DNA of 64,000 bases from Candidatus Saccharimonadia bacterium. GTDB taxonomy: Bacteria > Patescibacteriota > Saccharimonadia > UBA4664. Location: NCBI GenBank assembly GCA_035544015.1, contig DATKIP010000076.1, positions 128,299-192,298 of the forward strand. Reading direction: 5' to 3'. The translations under genes and the position numbers were made by a program. Position 1 is the first letter of the stretch. Every line of letters begins with the position of its first letter. The notes under the pieces are model-generated. The model saw only the letters and a program-made list of their open reading frames with translations. It was not told where the DNA came from and ran no database searches. Of this stretch, positions 8,324 to 17,178 are shown piece after piece.

Positions 8324-10033
8324 ATGCCGTCATTAGCCAACAAGAATGCCGTAGCCGCAATCCGAGTATCCACCGAGAAACAAGGCCGAGACGGCGATTC
8401 GCCCGAAGCTCAAAAAGAACAAATCGAACGCTATGCCGCCACCCAAGGCATCACAATCAAACAATACTTCGTATTTCTGGAATCTGCTTCCAAAGACCAG
8501 CAGCCAGTCCAGCCGGCCATCGACTACTGTAAGAATCCCAGGAACGACATCCAGCTCTTTATCATCAAATCCATCGATCGCTTCACGCGCGGTGGCTCAC
8601 ATGCCTATGGCGAGCTAACCGCCCAGCTCGACCATTGCCGGGTCAAACTCGTGGACATCTACGGTGTCATTAGCGGCCAAGAAATTAACACCCTCGATCA
8701 CCTCGGCTTCGAATACAAATGGAGCAAATACTCACCCAGCAAAAAATCGGAAATCCTCGAAGCCGAACGCGCCAAAGATGAACTCCGCGACATCATGAGC
8801 CGCATCATCGGCGCCGAAATCCGCTACACCCAAATGGGCTACTGGATGCGCCGTGCACCGTACGGCCTCATCAGCGAAAAAGCCGAAACCAAGCATGGCA
8901 AACGATGTGTGCTCAAGGCTCATCCCACCGAATCCAAGTACATCCTCCAGATGTTTGAGCTAAGCGCTAAGGGCACCCTCCATGACGAAGAAATCGTAGA
9001 CAAGCTCAACGAACTTGGCTTCAGAACCAGAGTGAAGTATATTCGCGACCAAAATGATAGGACTAAGGTCATTGCCAAAAGCGGGGGCAACCCGCTAACG
9101 GTGAAGGCAATGCACAAGTTACTTCGCAACCCCATCTACGCCGGCATCAACGCCGAGAAGTGGACAGGGGACAAGCCCATTAAGTGCGCCTTCCAAGGCC
9201 TCATCTCCGTCGATCTCTTCAATCGCGCCAACAAAGGCAAGAAGGTAATCGTTGAGAGCGCCAATGGCGAAATAGCCATTAGTACCAAACGACCACCCGA
9301 GCATCTGATTAACAAGGGTAAGCGTTATCCTGACTTTGCTTTCCGTTATCTACTTTGCCCCGATTGCCGTAAGCCACTCGTCGGCAGTGCTTCCCGTGGC
9401 AAATCCGGGAAGTACTATCCCGCCTACCATTGCGCACATCGTGGGCACTACTACCGTATACCTAAGCAGGAGCTGGAGGATCGAGTCGCCGAGTTTATCG
9501 GCAACCTTACCGTCTCTAGCGATCACCTCGATGCCGTCATGAATGCCGTCTCTGCTGAGTGGCATCTGCGCAACCAAAGCCAGCTCCAAGAGCTGGAGGG
9601 CATCGAGGAGCGCATTGCAGAGCTAAGAAAAGATGCTGTCGCCACCATGGACAAGATTCGCGTATTGAACTCACCAACCGCCCTTAAATTTATGGAGGAA
9701 GACCTCGTGAGAATAGAACAGCAAATCGAAGCCCTTACCGACGAGAAGGCCAAGAAAGAAGCCGAGAAACCGCACGAAATTAGCAAAGTCTTGGGAAGGG
9801 TCCGATATTTCGTGGAACACCTCGATAAATTGATCCTCCAACAGATAGACCCGATCAAAAAAGCCCAGCTTTTCGGCGTCATTTTCGACCAAATCCCAAC
9901 TGTCGATGAAATAAAATGTGGAACACCAAAAACACCCCTGTTTCCAGGAGTGAATGGCATCTTTGCGCTCGCAAATATGAATAAAGACTCTATGGTAGTC
10001 CCACGGGGAATCGAACCCCGGTTGCCAGGATGA
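8324..10033 (+). CDS. large serine recombinase (resolvase-type catalytic domain + recombinase domain + zinc ribbon + coiled coil)
   Basis: Catalytic motif AAIRVSTEKQ. Zinc ribbon CPDCRKP...YHCAHRGH. Long C-terminal coiled coil. SD gggagggga upstream. The last ~13 codons are the reverse complement of tRNA-Glu. Confidence 0.85.
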   Translation: MPSLANKNAVAAIRVSTEKQGRDGDSPEAQKEQIERYAATQGITIKQYFVFLESASKDQQPVQPAIDYCKNPRNDIQLFIIKSIDRFTRGGSHAYGELTAQLDHCRVKLVDIYGVISGQEINTLDHLGFEYKWSKYSPSKKSEILEAERAKDELRDIMSRIIGAEIRYTQMGYWMRRAPYGLISEKAETKHGKRCVLKAHPTESKYILQMFELSAKGTLHDEEIVDKLNELGFRTRVKYIRDQNDRTKVIAKSGGNPLTVKAMHKLLRNPIYAGINAEKWTGDKPIKCAFQGLISVDLFNRANKGKKVIVESANGEIAISTKRPPEHLINKGKRYPDFAFRYLLCPDCRKPLVGSASRGKSGKYYPAYHCAHRGHYYRIPKQELEDRVAEFIGNLTVSSDHLDAVMNAVSAEWHLRNQSQLQELEGIEERIAELRKDAVATMDKIRVLNSPTALKFMEEDLVRIEQQIEALTDEKAKKEAEKPHEISKVLGRVRYFVEHLDKLILQQIDPIKKAQLFGVIFDQIPTVDEIKCGTPKTPLFPGVNGIFALANMNKDSMVVPRGIEPRLPG

Positions 10034-10068
10034 AAACCTGGTGTCCTAACCGTTAGACGATGGGACCA
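9994..10068 (-). tRNA. tRNA-Glu (anticodon UUC)
   Basis: Reverse complement folds as a cloverleaf. Acceptor stem GGTCCCA/TGGGACT. D-arm GTCT-AACGGTTA-GGAC. Anticodon stem CCAGG/CCTGG with loop TTTTCAT (UUC). T-arm CGGGG-TTCGATT-CCCCG. Encoded CCA at the 3' end. Confidence 0.8.
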
Positions 10069-10122
10069 TATCATTTTTTGAACTGGTAAATACTACCATA
10101 TTGTGTACCCTCTAGTATAGAC

Positions 10123-11400
10123 ATGACGACGCTTTCTCCCATCCTTGCTCGTGCTCGCGGCAGTCAGTTCCTGCGGCACAATGCCATCTTCTTCTCCGGG
10201 TCGCTCGTGGTGAGCGTGCTCAATTACCTGTATTACCCCATCCTGGGTCGCCTGCTGCCGGCCACGAGCTTTGGCGAAATTCAGGCTGTGGTGTCGTTGT
10301 TTTTGCAGGCCACCATTTTCCTCGGGGTGGTCGGCAACGTAGCCGTCAACGTGGTGGCCAACGAGCCAGACGCCGCCCGCCGCAGCCGCACCGTCGGCGA
10401 GCTGGAGCGGTTGGCCGGCCTGGTAGTTCTGATCGGCCTCGTCGCCGGGCTGCTCGCCCTGCCGGCCATCCAGCGGTACCTACATTTCAATGATCCGCTG
10501 CCATTCATTATTCTTGGCATCTCGCTCTTCATAAGTGTGCCGCTGTCACTGCGCCAGGCCTACTTGCGCGGTGTCAATGCCTTCGGCCGACTCTCCATGA
10601 GCAACATTCTCTCCGCCGCCGCCAAATTGCTCGCCTCGGTCGCCTTTGTCCTCGGGGGCTTCGGTACCGCCGGTGCTATCGGCGGCCTGGTGGCGGCCCA
10701 GCTCATCGCGCTCATCTACACCGCCCGCTACGCCCGTCGCCTCGGCCTGCACCCCTTAGCCGGCCGCTGGCGCTGGCCCGATCTCGCAGTCATCCGGCCG
10801 CAGCTGGCGTATGCCGGCCTCGTGCTCATCATATCGCTCGTGACGACGGTTCAATTTAGCTTCGACATCCTCGTGGTCAAGCACTACTTCTCGGCCGAAA
10901 TCGCCGGCGCCTACGCCGGTATCGCCACCATCGCTCGCATCATTTACTTTCTCACGGGCTCAGTAGCGGGCGTATTGCTTTCGACGGTCAAACTCGGCGA
11001 GCCAGCGGCCGCCACGCGCGGACTGTTGTGGCGCTCGGTGGTCTTGCAGACAGTCCTCGGTGGCGCCGCGCTCACGGCCTTCGCGCTGTTCCCCAGCTTC
11101 TTCACCCGCCTGCTGCTGGGGCCGCGGTATCTGGAGCTGTCCTCGCTGCTCCCAGAACTTAGCCTCGCACTTTTCGTGATTGCGTTCATCAACCTGCTGC
11201 TCACCTACGACCTGGCGCTGCGCCGGTACTCCAGTGCCGTCATCGCCGTGGCCGGCGCCGCCCTCACCTTTGGAGCCGTCGCGCTCCACCACGGCACCCC
11301 TGCCGCGGTCGTGCGTGCGCTGCTGATCGGCTCGGTCCTCATGCTCGGCCTGCGCCTGCTCGACACCGTCCGCCGCCGCCTCTGGCCGCATCGAGGATAG
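10123..11400 (+). CDS. polysaccharide biosynthesis flippase-like membrane protein (Wzx/MOP superfamily)
   Basis: 425 aa with about 12 predicted TM helices. N-terminal LxxSxxNxLYYPILGRLLP motif is typical of this family. Confidence 0.65.
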   Translation: MTTLSPILARARGSQFLRHNAIFFSGSLVVSVLNYLYYPILGRLLPATSFGEIQAVVSLFLQATIFLGVVGNVAVNVVANEPDAARRSRTVGELERLAGLVVLIGLVAGLLALPAIQRYLHFNDPLPFIILGISLFISVPLSLRQAYLRGVNAFGRLSMSNILSAAAKLLASVAFVLGGFGTAGAIGGLVAAQLIALIYTARYARRLGLHPLAGRWRWPDLAVIRPQLAYAGLVLIISLVTTVQFSFDILVVKHYFSAEIAGAYAGIATIARIIYFLTGSVAGVLLSTVKLGEPAAATRGLLWRSVVLQTVLGGAALTAFALFPSFFTRLLLGPRYLELSSLLPELSLALFVIAFINLLLTYDLALRRYSSAVIAVAGAALTFGAVALHHGTPAAVVRALLIGSVLMLGLRLLDTVRRRLWPHRG

Positions 11401-11534
11401 TCGAATTCTCCCGAAACGCGTCATTCCTTAGAAAGTTTAAGGATTTTTTAATATTTTAGGGGAATCAAATTGGGGGATAGCACAAACATATAGGAGCCCT
11501 CTATCGGTAAAATATGCCACGGGAAACCTAAAAA

Positions 11535-11557
11535 CATCATACCGAACAAATTCCGAA
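11535..11557 (+). promoter_or_regulatory. conserved motif CATCATACCGAACAAATTCCGAA (copy 1 of 3)
   Basis: Near-identical 23-mer also found at 13998-14020 and, reverse-complemented, at 50021-50040. Lies 22 nt upstream of the GT2 start. Confidence 0.35.
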
Positions 11558-11578
11558 TATGCAATAATACTCAGGCAC

Positions 11579-12550
11579 ATGACCAAATCTACCCTCATCT
11601 CCATCATTATCCCGTGCCACAACGAAGTCGCCAACCTAGGGGCGCTGCACACTGCGCTCGATACCGCTACCAAACCGCTGGCTGACCAGTTTGAGTTTAT
11701 CTTCGTCGACGACGGCTCCACCGACACCACCCTCCCCGTGCTCCGCCAGCTCTGCCTGGGCGACCCGCGCGTCCGCACCATCGAGCTGGTACGCAACTTC
11801 GGCAAAGAAATCGCCGTGAGTGCCGGCCTGCACGCCGCCCGCGGTCAGGCCGGCATCACCATCGACGCCGATCTCCAGCATCCGCCGGCGCTCATCCCCG
11901 AGCTCATCGCCGCCTGGCGCGCCGGTGCCGAGGTCGCCATCGGCGTTCGGCGCCGGGGTCACGACCACGCGCCCGTGCTCAAGCGCGCCGGCAGCAGCCT
12001 GTTTTATCGCCTCATCAACGCCATCTCCGGCGTCGAAATCCGGGCCGGCGCCTCCGATTACCGCTTGCTCGACCGTATCGTCATCGACGAGTTCAACCGC
12101 TTCACCGAGCGGGGTCGCCTCACTCGTGGCCTCGTCGATTGGCTCGGGTTTCGACGTGCCTACGTAGAGTTCGTTCCCGCTAAGCGCCATGCCGGCATCG
12201 CCGCCTATTCGTACCAAAAGCTCTTCGGGCTCGCCGTCACCAGTGTCGTCTCCATGAGCTTTTTCCCTTTGCGCCTTGCCGGCTACCTCGGTCTCCTCAT
12301 CACCCTCATCTCCGGCCCACTTGGCATCTTCATTTTCGTCGAGAAGTACCTCCTGCGCGATCCGTGGGGGCTGAGCTTCTCTGGCCCCGCCATTCTGGCC
12401 GTGATCCTGCTGTTTCTGGTGGGCATCATCCTGATTTGCCTCGGCCTCATCGCTATGTATATTGCCAATATTCACACTGAAGTCATGAACCGTCCGCTCT
12501 ACGTAGCCCGGCCCGAAAACCACCTTCACGCCGGGAAAGCTGCCGAGTGA
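11579..12550 (+). CDS. GT2 family polyprenyl-phosphate glycosyltransferase (ArnC/GtrB/DPM1-like) with C-terminal TM anchor
   Basis: ISIIIPCHNE start and DDGSTD motif. Catalytic DxD-like motifs IDADLQHPP. Two C-terminal TM helices. Confidence 0.8.
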   Translation: MTKSTLISIIIPCHNEVANLGALHTALDTATKPLADQFEFIFVDDGSTDTTLPVLRQLCLGDPRVRTIELVRNFGKEIAVSAGLHAARGQAGITIDADLQHPPALIPELIAAWRAGAEVAIGVRRRGHDHAPVLKRAGSSLFYRLINAISGVEIRAGASDYRLLDRIVIDEFNRFTERGRLTRGLVDWLGFRRAYVEFVPAKRHAGIAAYSYQKLFGLAVTSVVSMSFFPLRLAGYLGLLITLISGPLGIFIFVEKYLLRDPWGLSFSGPAILAVILLFLVGIILICLGLIAMYIANIHTEVMNRPLYVARPENHLHAGKAAE

Positions 12551-13653
12551 ATATCGTCTGGTTCAACTGGAAAGACCTCGACAACCCCCAGGCTGGGGGA
12601 GCCGAGGTAGTAAACGAGGAGCTGGCCGCTCGCCTCGCCGCCGCCGGTCATACCGTCACCTTCATCACCGCCGGCTATCCCGGAGCGTCCGCCACCGCCG
12701 TGCGCCGCGGCTTTAGCGTCGTGCGCGTCGGCAGCCGCTTCACCGTTTACCTCGCCGCCGCGCGTTATTTCCGTGCCCACCGCGCGCAGCTGCGCCCCGA
12801 TCTCGTCATCGATGAGTGCAACACCATGCCGTTTTTTGCCGGCCGCTACACCGGCGTCCGCACCGTTTTGTTCTTTCACATGCTCTGTCGCGAAATTTGG
12901 TTCTACGAATTCCCGCAGCCGCTCAGCACACTTGGCTACCTGCTCGAACCACTCTATTTACGCCTCCTCAAGCCAAAATCAGCCGTCATCGCCGTTTCCG
13001 CCTCCACCAAGCTCGACCTTGTGCGGCACGGCTTCACCGCGCGGTCCATCCGCGTCATCGCCGAGGCCACGCAGCTCACTCCCGTGCCAGAGCTGCGGGC
13101 CATCGCCAAATACCCCGACCCCACGCTGCTGTCGCTCGGCGCCATGCGCTCCATGAAGCGCACGCTCCACCAAATCGCCGCTTTCGAGCTCGCCAAGGCC
13201 CAGCTGCCCCGCCTCAAATTCATCGTAGCCGGCGACCTCAGCGGCCCCTACGGCGCGCGCGTCCAGGCGGCCATCGCCGCCAGCCCCCACCACCACGACA
13301 TCACCGTCCTCGGCCGTGTCACCCCCGCGCGCAAAGCCCAGCTCATGCAAAAATCCCATCTGCTCCTCGTCACGAGCGTCAAAGAAGGCTGGGGCCTCGT
13401 GGTCACCGAAGCTGCCACCCAGGGCACCCCGGCCGTCGTCTACGACGTCGACGGCCTGCGCGACAGCGTGCGCCACGGCCGCACTGGCCTCGTCACCGCC
13501 CCGAGCCCTCAGGCCCTCGCCACCGCCACCGCCAGCCTGCTCCAAGACCCCGCCCGCTACGAGCAACTCCGCACCGCCGCCTACACCTGGGCCAGCACCC
13601 TCACCTTCGATCGCGCCTACGCCGACTTCGCCGCCGCGCTGAAGCTCAGTTAA
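12547..13653 (+). CDS. glycosyltransferase family 4 (GT-B, GT1-type)
   Basis: EGWGLVVTEAATQGTPAVVYDVDGLRDSV motif. ATGA overlap with the upstream gene. Confidence 0.8.
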   Translation: MNIVWFNWKDLDNPQAGGAEVVNEELAARLAAAGHTVTFITAGYPGASATAVRRGFSVVRVGSRFTVYLAAARYFRAHRAQLRPDLVIDECNTMPFFAGRYTGVRTVLFFHMLCREIWFYEFPQPLSTLGYLLEPLYLRLLKPKSAVIAVSASTKLDLVRHGFTARSIRVIAEATQLTPVPELRAIAKYPDPTLLSLGAMRSMKRTLHQIAAFELAKAQLPRLKFIVAGDLSGPYGARVQAAIAASPHHHDITVLGRVTPARKAQLMQKSHLLLVTSVKEGWGLVVTEAATQGTPAVVYDVDGLRDSVRHGRTGLVTAPSPQALATATASLLQDPARYEQLRTAAYTWASTLTFDRAYADFAAALKLS

Positions 13654-13958
13654 GCCCCCGTCCGCTCAAGGTTCTCCACCCGCCGCTCCAGCTCGGTGTA
13701 CATCGAGCCGATAATGGTATGCCCATCACGAATCACGGTAGAAAGCTGGCTCACCGTGCGGGCTAACAGCGCGTCCAACTGTGCTTCCGCTGCGTCAAAC
13801 CGCCGGTCTACCTGCTCAAATTTGCGCTCCACTTCATCAAATCGTCGGTCCACCAAATCAAGCCGCCGATCGATATCATCGAACCGCGGATGATGCGCAA
13901 TCGCCTCGTCCATCACTACTCGCATCAAGCGAAAATCTTCAGTCGTCAGTGCCATCAA
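13650..13958 (-). CDS. hypothetical coiled-coil protein with heptad repeats DRRFDEV/ERKFEQV
   Basis: 7-aa periodic repeat encoded by a 21-nt DNA tandem repeat. Convergent 4-nt overlap with the GT4 stop. Confidence 0.5.
   Translation of the reverse strand: MMALTTEDFRLMRVVMDEAIAHHPRFDDIDRRLDLVDRRFDEVERKFEQVDRRFDAAEAQLDALLARTVSQLSTVIRDGHTIIGSMYTELERRVENLERTGA
13795..13899. repeat. ~5 tandem copies of a 21-nt unit (TCAAAyCGNCGGTC...)
   Basis: Direct reading of 13795-13899. The repeat is in frame with the heptad repeats of the minus-strand ORF. Confidence 0.5.
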
Positions 13959-13997
13959 TCTCGTCCATTATTCAGTCATTTTATCCTCACACGCCGG

Positions 13998-14020
13998 CAT
14001 CATACCGAACATATTCCGAA
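13998..14020 (+). promoter_or_regulatory. conserved motif CATCATACCGAACATATTCCGAA (copy 2 of 3)
   Basis: Matches 22 of 23 positions of copy 1. Lies in the divergent intergenic region between 13958 (minus) and the GT2 gene. Confidence 0.35.
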
Positions 14021-14166
14021 GATTCAAGCCCAGCGGTAAACTACCGGATTCCTATCATACCGCCCACACTGCATCCCGCATCAAGTCTTGAAATTCTCCC
14101 TCCCAACCCATCTCCCTACATTCCCGACCACCCCGCCCTGTAATTTTGCACAAAAGACCTCGCAGT

Positions 14167-15033
14167 ATGACTCTGGTAACATACGTACCCATGAGCACCC
14201 CCCTTGTATCTGTTGTTATCCCAACAAAAAACAGCATCCGTTTCCTCAAGGCCTGTCTGGCGTCCGTGAAAGAGCAGTCCTATAAAAACGTCGAGACGAT
14301 CGTCGTTGATGGTCAATCCACAGACGGAACCATTGAGCTCTGCAATAAAATGGGCGCTAAAGTTTTACAATATGATCCCAAAGTCAAAAAAGGATTTTTT
14401 GACGCCCCCTTCCGCAGAAACTATGGAGTCGAAAACGCTGGCGGCGAGTTAGTCTATTATGTAGACGCGGATATGGAATTAACAAAGAATGTTATCCGTG
14501 ACGCCGTAGAGCTTTGCACTGAATCCGGCAGTGATGCTGTAATAATTCCAGAAGACTCATTCGGCATTGGGGTATGGGCCCAAGCCAAAAACCTAGAAAG
14601 AAGATGCTACTGGGGCGACGACTCGGTCGAGGCGCCTCGTTTTCTAAAGCGCAGCGTATGGGTGCAACTGGGAGGCCTCGATACGAGCCTGGGAGGGGGA
14701 GGAGACGACTGGGATTTATACCAGAAGTTGAGAGATCACGGCTACACTGTCTCCAGAATCAAATCGCTAGTCATGCACAATGAGGGGCACTTGAGCCTCC
14801 GAAAACTTATGCGAAAGAGATTTATGTACGGGCGGGATTCAGCTCGGTACATTTCCAAACGGCCGGCCGCCGGTGTAAAAAGCTACTTTCCCATACGAAT
14901 GGCATATTTGAGAAATTGGAAGCTGTTCGCCCGTCGTCCCGTCGACGCCGCAGCCTTTATGGTTATGAGACTGGCCGAATATTCAGCAGGGTTTGTCGGG
15001 ATACTTTACTCGGTACTAAAGGGGAATGCATGA
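14167..15033 (+). CDS. GT2 family glycosyltransferase (start uncertain: TTG 14146, ATG 14167 or ATG 14191)
   Basis: VSVVIPTKN start and DGQSTDGT motif. YVDADMEL DxD motif. Confidence 0.75.
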   Translation: MTLVTYVPMSTPLVSVVIPTKNSIRFLKACLASVKEQSYKNVETIVVDGQSTDGTIELCNKMGAKVLQYDPKVKKGFFDAPFRRNYGVENAGGELVYYVDADMELTKNVIRDAVELCTESGSDAVIIPEDSFGIGVWAQAKNLERRCYWGDDSVEAPRFLKRSVWVQLGGLDTSLGGGGDDWDLYQKLRDHGYTVSRIKSLVMHNEGHLSLRKLMRKRFMYGRDSARYISKRPAAGVKSYFPIRMAYLRNWKLFARRPVDAAAFMVMRLAEYSAGFVGILYSVLKGNA

Positions 15034-15995
15034 AAGCTACGCAATTTTGGAAGAATAAAACTGTTTTAGTTGCCGGCGGCTTAGGATTCGTGGGTGCCCA
15101 TGTCATAGAGGAGCTCCTGCGGCAAGACGCAAAAGTAATCTGTCTCTACCGCGGGGGGGATACGAAATTTTTCCACAAACGCGGGCTAGACGTATCGAAT
15201 CTTACTTTCCAAAAGATAGATTTGCTTGATTCGCACGGGGTTAATTTAGTCACCCAAAATGCTGACGTTTTAATTAATTGTGCCGCCCTCGATGGAAACG
15301 CAGAATTTAAGCGAAAAAATGCCGCCAAGATACTCGATTCCAATTTAAGAATCGTCTCCAATCTTTTAAACGCCGCGGTCGAAAACTCCATCAGTGACGT
15401 GGTCCTCTTAAGTTCGGCGGAGGTGTACCCGGGACAAGTTAGTAATCCTATTCGCGAAAGTGATGACTATAGAAAAAATTGGGACTATACCGATAATGGC
15501 TATGTCTTATCCAAGAGGTTTTCAGAGATCATGGGAGAGGCCTTCCGATCTCAATACGGCATAAAAATCTATCATCCCCGTCCCGCAAATATTTATGGCC
15601 CCCGAGATCATTTTGGCTCTGCGATGAATCGCGTGATCCCCAGCATGATTAAAAAAATAGCCGACGATCAAGACGTCGAAATTTGGGGTGACGGCAGTCA
15701 AGTCAGGAGCTTCGTATACGTCACTGATGCCGCAAAAGGCATCTTGGGAATGGTCGAAAATGAATTTGACGATTATTTAAATATCGGGTCCCCCGAAGCG
15801 ATTTCGGTACTTGAGTTGGCAAACCGGATAGGTGATCTTCAGGGAAAAAAAGTCAAAGCAAACCTGGACACGAGCAAGCCTGGCGGGTCGGCGCGGCGAG
15901 TCCTAGACGTAGCAAATCATCTGAGGATGACCGGCGGAGAATATACGGATCTCAATAGCGGCATCGATCAAACCATTCAATGGTATCTTGCCTAG
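15030..15995 (+). CDS. NAD-dependent epimerase/dehydratase (extended SDR)
   Basis: Rossmann motif TVLVAGGLGFVGAHV. Catalytic YVLSK motif. SD aagggg upstream. ATGA overlap with the GT2 stop. Confidence 0.8.
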   Translation: MKATQFWKNKTVLVAGGLGFVGAHVIEELLRQDAKVICLYRGGDTKFFHKRGLDVSNLTFQKIDLLDSHGVNLVTQNADVLINCAALDGNAEFKRKNAAKILDSNLRIVSNLLNAAVENSISDVVLLSSAEVYPGQVSNPIRESDDYRKNWDYTDNGYVLSKRFSEIMGEAFRSQYGIKIYHPRPANIYGPRDHFGSAMNRVIPSMIKKIADDQDVEIWGDGSQVRSFVYVTDAAKGILGMVENEFDDYLNIGSPEAISVLELANRIGDLQGKKVKANLDTSKPGGSARRVLDVANHLRMTGGEYTDLNSGIDQTIQWYLA

Positions 15996-15996
15996 T

Positions 15997-17178
15997 ATGC
16001 GGGTAATTTTTTTCTCGTTTGGAATTTTAGAATACGGCGGAGGGTTAGAGAATTACCTCATTGCCACCGCGCCGGATTTAATACGTGGTCGGTATGTTGA
16101 CGAAGCCTCGATCATTACGGCTACACCTCGGCTAAATGAGGCCCTTCAACATCTGCTAACGTTGTATTACTTTAGGAAGCATTCAACCTCGACGATATAT
16201 CGAGAGAGCGCTAAAGACATCAAAATAAGGTTAGGAGCAGTCAAATATTTGCAGGCAGATTCCCTTCGGGATTTGCGGGAAAGACTGCAAAAGTACGACG
16301 TCGTATATACAAAAAATGAGATCATCGAACTGGCTATATTAAAACTCATTGGCTACAAGAACCTACCCCCGGTGGTGGTCGGGGCACACACCCCCGTCTA
16401 CTTTACGAACGCCCCCTCTGTGTCCGCAAAGCTTCATAATTTGATCTACGGCGGGTTTATTTATCGGTACCTGCTAAAAGGATCTGCCTACATCAAATGT
16501 AATAATCAAGAAGATATGGCCTTTGTTCAAAAAAAATTAAAATACAAAAACGCGGTGGTGATACATCATGGATTCGATATTACGGAGGGCTCGGTGCGAC
16601 GCAATCAAACTGATTCTCTCAATATTCTATTCGCCGGACGTCTTAGCGAGGCCAAAGGGGTCGATACGCTCGAAACTATAATTCAAACGCTCAGCAAGCA
16701 TGAACGATTCGAAGCATACAGATTCCGGATAGCAGGGAGCGGCGACGAAAATCTAGAATCCATAGCCGAATCGCTCGCAAGAAACTATCCCAACGTAGAA
16801 TATCTCGGACATGTCCCCGTCGCAGATATGCGGACATTATACGAATGGGCCGATATCTCCCTCATCCCGTCTCGATATGAGACGCTAAACAAGATAGCAG
16901 TTGAAACGGGCTTGGCATCCAAGATAGCTATAGCCTCGGATATATCGGGCCCTAGGGAAGTGATCGAAAATGAGAAAACGGGTTTTCTCGTCAGTCCAGA
17001 ACCAAAAGAATTCGCCGAGAAGATAATTGCATTGGACACTTTACGAAAGACGAATCGTGCAAAATTCAACTCGATTGGTCAAGCGGCAAGAGAAAAAATA
17101 AGCCGAGAATTTAACAAAAATCGCTCGTATATAGAATTGTCTGAGTTGCTTGAGAAGGCACGAGCTAATAGGCGATGA
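15997..17178 (+). CDS. glycosyltransferase family 4
   Basis: C-terminal GT-B motifs EAKGVDTL, RIAGSGDE, ETLNKIAVETGL...GFLV. Starts 2 nt after the epimerase stop. Confidence 0.75.
   Translation: MRVIFFSFGILEYGGGLENYLIATAPDLIRGRYVDEASIITATPRLNEALQHLLTLYYFRKHSTSTIYRESAKDIKIRLGAVKYLQADSLRDLRERLQKYDVVYTKNEIIELAILKLIGYKNLPPVVVGAHTPVYFTNAPSVSAKLHNLIYGGFIYRYLLKGSAYIKCNNQEDMAFVQKKLKYKNAVVIHHGFDITEGSVRRNQTDSLNILFAGRLSEAKGVDTLETIIQTLSKHERFEAYRFRIAGSGDENLESIAESLARNYPNVEYLGHVPVADMRTLYEWADISLIPSRYETLNKIAVETGLASKIAIASDISGPREVIENEKTGFLVSPEPKEFAEKIIALDTLRKTNRAKFNSIGQAAREKISREFNKNRSYIELSELLEKARANRR

Larger units (their letters stand above)
4523..10068. mobile_element. putative integrated element/genomic island at the 3' end of tRNA-Glu (boundaries approximate; left end not defined)
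   Basis: Serine recombinase abuts and overlaps the tRNA 3' half. Cargo is typical of mobile DNA (RadC, XRE, RHH). The segment is visibly AT-richer than the rest of the window. Confidence 0.4.

Noticed and set aside
4523-9990. attR direct repeat of the tRNA-Glu 3' end marking the far boundary of the putative island
   Set aside because: Visual scan of the intergenic regions between 4.5 and 8.3 kb found no copy of gggaatcgaaccccgg or neighbouring tRNA sequence. The boundary remains undefined and needs a computed search.
9523-10074. Minus-strand ORF 9523..10074 overlapping the recombinase 3' end and the tRNA
   Set aside because: Antisense to the serine recombinase coding region and runs through the tRNA-Glu gene. 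It has an S-rich low-complexity sequence.
12816-13766. Long alternative-frame ORFs with extreme Arg/Pro/Ala content (e.g. 12816..13766, 29477..30136, 34764..35915, 60561..61646, 25016..25459)
   Set aside because: Composition is typical of out-of-frame reading of high-GC coding DNA. They overlap well-supported genes (GT4, pgk, pcrA, and others) and have no SD.
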